From a virus (Duplodnaviria; Caudoviricetes): a DNA stretch of 64,000 nucleotides. How positions within the stretch are numbered: position 1 is the stretch's first letter; each line of letters starts with the position of its first letter. Below the pieces are notes generated by a model. It was given only the letters and a program-made list of their open reading frames with translations, had not been told where the DNA came from and did not search any database. Made by a program: the position numbers and the translations under genes. Location: IMG/VR virus record IMGVR_UViG_3300033074_000216, positions 17,268 to 81,267 of that record; one strand, written 5' to 3'. This document shows, in pieces, positions 27,802 to 34,552 of this stretch.

Positions 27802-28005
27802 TATAAGTTACAGTTATACTGTATGTAGAACGAAGCCCCGTTACATGGAGTAGCTCGTATCGGTTATCTATCATACTGTGTAACAAAAGACGCTTCGCTT
27901 CCCTTCGGGAAGCTAAAGCGTCTGGAGAACCAGGGACCCTGTGATCCAGCAACATGCATCCATCTCAGCCTCTGGTCAGTACATACAGTATACCTGTGAC
28001 TTATA
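27802..28005 (+). ncRNA. Retron msr/msd-like ncRNA downstream of the RT
   Basis: 26-bp inverted repeat 27802-27827 / 27980-28005 (one mismatch, one G.U); unpaired G27828 opposite G27979; internal stems gttaca/tgtaac, agacgctt/aagcgtct with UUCG hairpin, accag/ctggt. Confidence 0.72.
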
Positions 28006-28220
28006 ATAGACTTTCGAATTAACTTATCTGCTTAGTTTTCGGTAGTTTAACAAGGTTAATTCACACAATTTGTGCAAGTAAATGTACAAAGAGGGAACAT
28101 TTAGTATTAATTTCACACTATAATCCTAGGGTTATAGCTGACATACCTAGACTTTAACAAGTATAACACTTTGTGGTTAGTTTAGTAGTTTGAATCGGCT
28201 ATGTACAAGGGCTAACTATA

Positions 28221-28299
28221 TGAAGGTGTTACAGGATTTCTACAAAGGGACCCAGGCCGTAGGCCAGGGACCCAAAGTAGAAATCCCCCCACACCTTCA
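28221..28299. repeat. GC-rich long imperfect palindrome with two gggaccc copies
   Basis: tgaaggtgt/acaccttca, ggatttctac/gtagaaatcc, gggaccc x2, ggcc-gta-ggcc apex. Confidence 0.7.
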
Positions 28300-28334
28300 C
28301 CGTCTCCAGCATCTTGCTGGCGAGTAGGTATGTC

Positions 28335-28343
28335 TGCTATAAT
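28335..28343 (+). promoter_or_regulatory. Extended -10 promoter (TGnTATAAT) for the replication operon
   Basis: tgctataat about 28 nt upstream of ATG 28371. Confidence 0.5.
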
Positions 28344-28370
28344 CCTAAAATTTAATTTAAAGGACAAACA

Positions 28371-28664
28371 ATGATCGAACTTAGATCAAAACACTACAAA
28401 TTTCTTCGTAGAGACATCACTAGAAAACTTTACGATAAAGCAAAGTCATTATCAAACAGAGTAGAAGTAGACACTTCTAGATTAAGCATCTGTGGTTACA
28501 ACTTCACTATTATTTCATTCATAAAGTATAATAAAGCTACGAAAATAATTAGTAGAAAAACATATGTAGAGTACAATCCACAAGATTACCATCTAATTAA
28601 AAACGTAATTAAACTAGAACAACTCTACAATGTTCCACTTATCGGGGAAGGACTTTCAACATGA
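28371..28664 (+). CDS. Hypothetical protein
   Basis: AAGGA RBS; 97 aa. Confidence 0.6.
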   Translation: MIELRSKHYKFLRRDITRKLYDKAKSLSNRVEVDTSRLSICGYNFTIISFIKYNKATKIISRKTYVEYNPQDYHLIKNVIKLEQLYNVPLIGEGLST

Positions 28665-29254
28665 TTAATTTAACAATTAAAAACCATAGACTAGATAAGT
28701 ATCTACTACCAGAACTATCATCTACACCCACTCTCCACATAATTATAACAAAACCTAGAACAAAGACTGAAACAATTCATTCTTTTATAGCTCCAATCTA
28801 CGCTGAAGTTATGAGAAAAAGCAATAATCCTCAACAACAAATCGCTGAACTACCTTTAGCAATAGTTAAAGGTTCAACTCAAGCAAGATCACTAGGATTA
28901 GCAGATAAATTTATTGGTTTAAATCCTATCAATATCTCAATTCAACAAAAGTACTGTTCACAATTTGTAAACTATGATGGTATCAAGAAGAATGGGTTTA
29001 AACTTATTACTAATGATCAACTAAAGAACATGTCATACTTACGAAACAACTCAAACAGAGCAAGTTACACAGTTATCTATGTATTCAAAGCTAAGGACAT
29101 GTTAACTTATGAGATTCTAAAGAAGTTAGAAACTAATCAACACTTATTACCTCCAATCAGTGATATCTACAGAATAGCTCAATTTATTAGATTACTTATT
29201 AATCAGAATACTCCTGAATTTTTCAGAGAACCATCTAAAATACCTGAAATCTAA
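28661..29254 (+). CDS. Hypothetical protein
   Basis: ATGA overlap; 197 aa. Confidence 0.6.
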   Translation: MINLTIKNHRLDKYLLPELSSTPTLHIIITKPRTKTETIHSFIAPIYAEVMRKSNNPQQQIAELPLAIVKGSTQARSLGLADKFIGLNPINISIQQKYCSQFVNYDGIKKNGFKLITNDQLKNMSYLRNNSNRASYTVIYVFKAKDMLTYEILKKLETNQHLLPPISDIYRIAQFIRLLINQNTPEFFREPSKIPEI

Positions 29255-29256
29255 TA

Positions 29257-29673
29257 ATGAAACAAATAAAACTAACATTACCTGTGTACCATAACACAGG
29301 AAAGAAAACAATATTTCTAGGAATGAATTGGTACAGAAATGCCCATTTCTTTACTAGCAATAAAGTTAAACAAGAACTTGAAGACATCATTATCAACCAA
29401 ATTCCAGCTAACGTTACTTTTGATCAATACCAAATAGCATACACTTATTATTTTAAATCAATCATCAGTGACTTACCTAATGTTACTGCTTTAGGTTCTA
29501 AATTCCTTAATGATGCTCTTAAGAAAGCTGGTGTCATCAAAGACGACAACGTTCAATATCTCAAACACGAGTCATACTCAGTAGGTTCACAAGACAAAAC
29601 AAATCCCAGAATAGAAGTAATTATAGGAGAATACAATGAACCAAGTAACACCTCCGATAATACTACAAAGTAA
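29257..29673 (+). CDS. RusA-like Holliday junction resolvase / endonuclease
   Basis: SDLPN...KFLNDALKKAGVIKDDNV, PRIEV pattern. Confidence 0.6.
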   Translation: MKQIKLTLPVYHNTGKKTIFLGMNWYRNAHFFTSNKVKQELEDIIINQIPANVTFDQYQIAYTYYFKSIISDLPNVTALGSKFLNDALKKAGVIKDDNVQYLKHESYSVGSQDKTNPRIEVIIGEYNEPSNTSDNTTK

Positions 29674-31795
29674 GGTAGCAACTTTTGACATCGAGTCAGA
29701 ACCAATCCCTAAGATAGGTATTCTCGGAATTAAGAAAATCTTTTGTATCAATATCAAAATCAACGATCAACCAGTACAAAGATTCACACACCTTTATCAC
29801 CCAACTGCATCTGGAAACCTCCAAGCTGCAGTCAAACTACTTAACTCTTGTGACTACATCGTTGGTCACAACATCCTCGGCTTCGACATACCTGTTATTG
29901 AGAATAACTTAGGTAAACTCACAGCCACACCAATCGACACTATTCTAGTTTCTAAACTTATGTTCTCTAAGGACACCTTAGTTTCAATCGACTATGGTAT
30001 CCCTGAGATGCCACCTAAACTCTATGGATCATTCGGGCTTAAAGCTTTTGGTATCCGTTTCGGAGATTACAAAATCCAATTTGAAGACTTTACTAAACTC
30101 ACTACTGAAATGTTAGACTACTGTGATCAAGACGTTGAACTTACTTATCGTCTATTCATGTACTTACTAGAACAACCATTCTTCCCAAATTCATCTGTTA
30201 TCGAACTCGAACAACGAGTTAAACAAATCATTATGGATCAAGAACTCCACGGTTTCTATTTCGATGTAGACGGAGCTAAAGCCTTAGCTACAACTCTTAG
30301 ATATAAAAAACTAACATTAGAGATAGCGTTACAAAAATCATTCAAACCTATGTTTCTACCAGACGGTCCAGTTAAACAACCATCTAGTCGTAACAAAGTT
30401 AAAGTTTATGCTCCAGCTTTAAACTATCGTGACAAATTCAGACATGCTCAACCTTACTGGAGACCATTAACTCGTCAAAAGAATGGCAAGTTCAAATTTC
30501 CAGCTAAGACTAAATACAAGTGGTTTGATACCCCTCATTATATTTATTATGAATATAAGTTAGGTGAGTATCAACCAATCTCATTAGTTAAATTTAATCC
30601 AGGCTCTCGAACTCATATTCAAATCTGGCTTAAGAAACTCTACGATTGGAAGCCATTAGAATTCACTCCTGCTGGTGGAGCTAAAGTCGATGCCGACACT
30701 TTATCTAACTTAGATTATCCAGAAGCTAACCAGCTCAAAGAGTATCTTAAGACAGTTAAAGACTTAGGTCAACTTATCGAAGGCGATAATTCACTTCTCG
30801 CTGTAGTTAATGAAGACTCTAGGTTCCATGGCCGTGTAGATACCTTAGGTGCAAACACAGGACGTATGACTCATTCACTACCTAACATAACTCAAGTTCC
30901 TAAAACTAAGGAATTCAGAGAACTACTTCAATCATCTCCAGGAATGGATTTCATTGACGTTGATGCTGACCAACTTGAGCTAGTTATGATGGGACACTAC
31001 TTAGGCCCATATGATAACTACCAATACGCTCAAGCCGTTGATACCGGAGACAAAGACAAAGGTACAGACATTCATACTATGAATCAGAAAGCCGCAGGTC
31101 TACCAACTCGTGATGCAGCTAAAACCTTCATCTATGGTTATCTCTACGGTTCTGGTGCTACCCGTATCGGTTGGGGATTATGGACAGATAAAACAGAATC
31201 CACTCTAGAATATACTTTCGATGAATATGCGAAAGCTGAGCAAGCTATTCTTAAACGTATTGAATTATCTCGTTCAAGAGGAGCAGTAGTTGAAACCTCA
31301 GATGGAACTTTACTATTCCCAATAGCTAAAGACCGTATGATTGCCTACTCAGATACATTAGTTAAACAATCTATCTACGGTGGACAAATCGCATCTGAAT
31401 TCCGTAAACAAACCCTAGGACTTGATGCTCTAATCACTGACATTCAAGCTAAGGCTAAAGCCGGAGAACTTAAAGGTTTCAAAGACTATCAACTCCATTG
31501 TCGATCACCTCACTCTGCCTTCAATCTCCTTCTACAAGCTGGAGGAGCTATCTTCATGAAGCAATACCTTTATGAGATTGACAGAGACTTACGTGCTGAA
31601 TTTACTCACGGAGTAGACTTCGGATACGTTGCAAACATCCACGATGCAGTTAACATCGAAGCTAGACCAGAATGTACTCCACGAATCTGTGAAATACTCA
31701 AAGCTGGCTTCAGCAAAGCATCAATAACTCTTGGCATGAAATACCATGTTAAAGGTAAACCATCAGTTGGTAAAAACCAATATGAGACCCATTAA
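29636..31795 (+). CDS. Family A DNA polymerase, T7-type with 3'-5' exonuclease
   Basis: FDIES, GHNILGFD, YCDQDV; motif A DADQLE, motif B RDAAKTFIYGYLYG, motif C NIHDA. Confidence 0.95.
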   Translation: MNQVTPPIILQSKVATFDIESEPIPKIGILGIKKIFCINIKINDQPVQRFTHLYHPTASGNLQAAVKLLNSCDYIVGHNILGFDIPVIENNLGKLTATPIDTILVSKLMFSKDTLVSIDYGIPEMPPKLYGSFGLKAFGIRFGDYKIQFEDFTKLTTEMLDYCDQDVELTYRLFMYLLEQPFFPNSSVIELEQRVKQIIMDQELHGFYFDVDGAKALATTLRYKKLTLEIALQKSFKPMFLPDGPVKQPSSRNKVKVYAPALNYRDKFRHAQPYWRPLTRQKNGKFKFPAKTKYKWFDTPHYIYYEYKLGEYQPISLVKFNPGSRTHIQIWLKKLYDWKPLEFTPAGGAKVDADTLSNLDYPEANQLKEYLKTVKDLGQLIEGDNSLLAVVNEDSRFHGRVDTLGANTGRMTHSLPNITQVPKTKEFRELLQSSPGMDFIDVDADQLELVMMGHYLGPYDNYQYAQAVDTGDKDKGTDIHTMNQKAAGLPTRDAAKTFIYGYLYGSGATRIGWGLWTDKTESTLEYTFDEYAKAEQAILKRIELSRSRGAVVETSDGTLLFPIAKDRMIAYSDTLVKQSIYGGQIASEFRKQTLGLDALITDIQAKAKAGELKGFKDYQLHCRSPHSAFNLLLQAGGAIFMKQYLYEIDRDLRAEFTHGVDFGYVANIHDAVNIEARPECTPRICEILKAGFSKASITLGMKYHVKGKPSVGKNQYETH

Positions 31796-31807
31796 AAGGA
31801 AAACAAA

Positions 31808-32302
31808 ATGATAGAAGCATTATCATTAACAGTTGGAGCAGTTCTTGCTCTATCTTGGTATTACGTAATAGGTATTAGCTTATTAAGTATGTTAGTTGTA
31901 GTATCAGTATTAAACGAATGTGTTGAATTCAGTTTAGGAACATTATTAGTATTAGGTGGTGTTTTACACTACACAGGAATTATAGACGTAACTCAATGGA
32001 ACTTATTAGCTCTTGTAATCAACGTATCTATCTACTTAGTTATCGGACTATTCTGGTCATTCTTTAGATATAGACTTAAAGCTATCGAAATTATCAAAGA
32101 TCATGATTTCTCAGATAAAAATAAAGCGATACAGTCGATTAAGAATAAAATAAGCAAATCTTTGATATCATACTGGATACTTTTCTTCCCAATCTCAATA
32201 TTAAAGTTCATTACTGAAGATTTAATTGATTGGTTAGTTGAACAATTCCAAGGTGTATATACTATTATAGCTAAACACACAGTTGGATCTTATTTAAAAT
32301 AA
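31808..32302 (+). CDS. Membrane protein
   Basis: Multiple TM segments; AAGGA RBS. Confidence 0.7.
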   Translation: MIEALSLTVGAVLALSWYYVIGISLLSMLVVVSVLNECVEFSLGTLLVLGGVLHYTGIIDVTQWNLLALVINVSIYLVIGLFWSFFRYRLKAIEIIKDHDFSDKNKAIQSIKNKISKSLISYWILFFPISILKFITEDLIDWLVEQFQGVYTIIAKHTVGSYLK

Positions 32303-32311
32303 GGAAAACTC

Positions 32312-32446
32312 ATGGGTAAATCTAAATCTCGAAACGGAGATATAGTTAAAGCTTTCAAGAAAGAGATTAATCTTTCAACTCAGACTATTAAAAGTCAAAA
32401 ACAATACTCTCGAAAAGTTAAACACAAACTTAACTTCTCAGAGTAA
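32312..32446 (+). CDS. ArfA-like basic peptide (44 aa, not in track)
   Basis: AAGGA RBS; MGKSKSRNGDIVKAFKKEINLSTQTIKSQKQYSRKVKHKLNFSE, with K..YSRK.KH motif like ArfA. Confidence 0.55.
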   Translation: MGKSKSRNGDIVKAFKKEINLSTQTIKSQKQYSRKVKHKLNFSE

Positions 32447-32448
32447 TT

Positions 32449-32525
32449 GCCGGATTAGCTCACTTTGGTAGAGCAACTGATTTGTAATCAGTAGGTAGCA
32501 AGTTCGATTCTTGCATCCGGCACCA
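32449..32525 (+). tRNA. tRNA-Thr(TGT)
   Basis: Canonical cloverleaf; actga-tttgtaa-tcagt; CCA. Confidence 0.93.
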
Positions 32526-32532
32526 TTTATAA

Positions 32533-32608
32533 CGATCCTATAGTATAGCTGTTAGTCCTCCCGCCTGTCACGTGGGTAGCTCGAGTTCGAATCTCGATAG
32601 GATCGCCA
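32533..32608 (+). tRNA. tRNA-Asp(GTC)
   Basis: cgatcct/aggatcg acceptor; cccgc-ctgtcac-gtggg; CCA. Confidence 0.9.
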
Positions 32609-32611
32609 ATA

Positions 32612-32684
32612 GGAACTTCGTATAATTGCGATTACGCAGAATCGTAAGTCTGTATGTCAGTTGGAATCTGACAGTTCCGTTCCA
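32612..32684 (+). tRNA. Atypical tRNA with 8-nt anticodon loop (atcgtaag; CGT/Thr or TCG/Arg unclear)
   Basis: ggaac/gttcc acceptor, D arm, gtcag-ttggaat-ctgac T arm. Confidence 0.5.
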
Positions 32685-32688
32685 TTCT

Positions 32689-32774
32689 GGAAGATTATGT
32701 TAGTGGTAAACAAGCAGTTTGCTAAACTGTCGCCTCTTACGGGGTCGAAGGTTCGAGTCCTACTTGGGGAGCCA
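32689..32774 (+). pseudogene. tRNA-Ser(GCT)-like gene with non-pairing acceptor stem
   Basis: gcagt-ttgctaa-actgt, long variable arm and T arm; 5' ggaagat cannot pair with 3' ttgggga. Confidence 0.6.
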
Positions 32775-32871
32775 TTTATACAATCAAGGATAGGATTGTA
32801 CACTGATTAGCTGTATCAGCGATCACATAGAAGTGTCCTTATATGAAACTAATTAATAATTAATTTATTAA

Positions 32872-32946
32872 GCCTCGTTAGATTATCGGTTAGATCAAAT
32901 GGTTTTCATCCATTAGAGAGCGGTTCAACTCCGCTACGAGGTACCA
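32872..32946 (+). tRNA. tRNA-Glu(TTC)
   Basis: gcctcgt/acgaggt acceptor; aatgg-ttttcat-ccatt; CCA. Confidence 0.88.
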
Positions 32947-32952
32947 ATATAT

Positions 32953-33076
32953 ACCGAAAGCATGGGTAGATCCCCATTAGATATAGGAGCCTTGCAAATG
33001 GGCTGTTAACGTTATGCACACTATGAGAGTATTAGTGAAAGTACTCACTCAGGTTTGATTCCTGACTTCGGAACCA
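32953..33076 (+). ncRNA. Enlarged (~124 nt) tRNA-like RNA ending in ACCA
   Basis: ccgaa/ttcgg acceptor-like stem, tcagg-tttgatt-cctga T arm, extra hairpins, ttgcaaa loop. Confidence 0.5.
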
Positions 33077-33086
33077 TTTTATTATA

Positions 33087-33143
33087 CTGCTTGCCATGGG
33101 AGCCGTTCCTAGGTATCACGAGAGGTTCGAGTCCTCTAAGCAG
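33087..33143 (+). ncRNA. Minimal tRNA-like RNA (acceptor plus T arm, no D arm)
   Basis: ctgctt/aagcag stem; agagg-ttcgagt-cctct. Confidence 0.5.
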
Positions 33144-33228
33144 CTTCCCTATTAAGTTAGGATAATTTACTCAGACTACATTACGATCTGCAAGATTGGT
33201 ACCTATTTAGGCTTGTAGTCGAGTCTTC

Positions 33229-33305
33229 GGGGTATTAGCTCATTTGGGCAGAGCGCTTGGTTTGCAACCAAGAGGTAGTCAGTTCAATCCTGACATACTC
33301 CACCA
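33229..33305 (+). tRNA. tRNA-Ala(TGC)
   Basis: ggggtat/atactcc acceptor with G3.U70; cttgg-tttgcaa-ccaag; CCA. Confidence 0.92.
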
Positions 33306-33328
33306 TTAACTTAATATTAGGACTAATT

Positions 33329-33559
33329 ATGTCACAAGAAAGACAAACTATTACAATTGATGAAGTAGCTTTTTACTTAGACTCATTAGATGATGAATCA
33401 AAAAATCTTATACAAAATATCAATATCATAAATGCAGAAGTTGAACATATCCAAATCAAACTTCAAATTGCTAAAATTGCTTATGATACATTATTAGCAA
33501 ACTTAAAAGCAAAAACTGGATCATTTGAACCAGTACCTCAAACAGAACCTAGTAAATAA
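33329..33559 (+). CDS. Small coiled-coil hypothetical protein
   Basis: AGGA RBS before ATG 33329; the track start lies inside tRNA-Ala. Confidence 0.6.
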   Translation: MSQERQTITIDEVAFYLDSLDDESKNLIQNINIINAEVEHIQIKLQIAKIAYDTLLANLKAKTGSFEPVPQTEPSK

Positions 33560-33635
33560 CTAGGTCTCTCAAAGTATATTAATAATTTTATTAAGTAACA
33601 TTACTAATATATTTATCTTACATTAGGAGTTCCCT

Positions 33636-34343
33636 ATGAAAAAAATACTTTCAACTCTACAAAAATACAAATCTTACATAGAATCACAAGGCTACTACGT
33701 ATATGCAGTTATGCTTAAAGGTTCACAAAACTACAATCTATCAGACTCCGAGTCAGACATCGATGCAAACGCAATCCTTATCCCAACTCCATCTCAAATA
33801 AGATACGACGATAAACCTAAATTCAAATTTGATGAAGGTGAAGTTACTTGTCACAATATCTACTCATTCGCCGAAATAGTATCTAAAGGTAATCCTCAAT
33901 GGATAGAAGTATGTAATACTCCTTATCACATAGGTGGCTCATTAGATATGTTCAAAGAATTCAAAGTTAATCCATCTGCCTTAAAAGGTATGATAATGGA
34001 GAAATTCGTAGCATTCGATAAACTATATCCTTCAAGAGAAGTATACGTTAAGAAATTCGGATACGATCCAAAACAACTTCACCATATAATAAGACTTTAC
34101 GATGTTCTTAAACTAAATGTTAATACTTACTCATACCCAGATGGTCCAGAACGAGACTACATGATGGATATAAAACGAGGTAGATTCCCAAAAACTAAAG
34201 AAGAAGCATTTGCTTTGCGAGACTCTTATATCGATAAAATAGCTGAAATCTATGATGATCGTAAATTAGCTTATAAACCTCAACCTATAGACTATCCAAG
34301 ACTAGATAAAATAGTATTAGATTTCTATAAAACTCTACCATGA
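33636..34343 (+). CDS. Pol beta-family nucleotidyltransferase (RlaP/NrdC.11-like)
   Basis: KGSQNYNLSDSESDIDA (GS..Y....SDxD), KGNPQWIE, KQLHHIIRL. Confidence 0.75.
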   Translation: MKKILSTLQKYKSYIESQGYYVYAVMLKGSQNYNLSDSESDIDANAILIPTPSQIRYDDKPKFKFDEGEVTCHNIYSFAEIVSKGNPQWIEVCNTPYHIGGSLDMFKEFKVNPSALKGMIMEKFVAFDKLYPSREVYVKKFGYDPKQLHHIIRLYDVLKLNVNTYSYPDGPERDYMMDIKRGRFPKTKEEAFALRDSYIDKIAEIYDDRKLAYKPQPIDYPRLDKIVLDFYKTLP

Positions 34344-34552
34344 CACTCAAAGAGAAAGTCAAAGCAACTATCGAAACCTTACCATCTCTCGATGATGATA
34401 CATTAGTTTACTACTACAAGTGTTCATTAGGTCGAAGTGCTGACTACAAACCACTTATCAAAGCCATCGAGCTTGAACGAAAATCCAGAAACAAATCCAT
34501 TAAGGAGCTTGACGATGAGTCAACAATCTCTACTGGAACAAGCGAGACATGA
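34340..34552 (+). CDS. Hypothetical protein
   Basis: ATGA overlap; 70 aa. Confidence 0.5.
   Translation: MTLKEKVKATIETLPSLDDDTLVYYYKCSLGRSADYKPLIKAIELERKSRNKSIKELDDESTISTGTSET

Noticed and set aside
27767-27955. 62-aa minus-strand ORF over the RT end and ncRNA
   Set aside because: No RBS or plausible composition; explained as antisense to a structured RNA
26975-28370. RT as part of a DGR or group II intron
   Set aside because: No template/variable repeat pair with A-specific differences seen, no Avd-like gene, no maturase domain or domain V hairpin; motifs fit retrons better
33257-33328. Track start for the 100-aa ORF
   Set aside because: Lies within tRNA-Ala; ATG 33329 has an RBS
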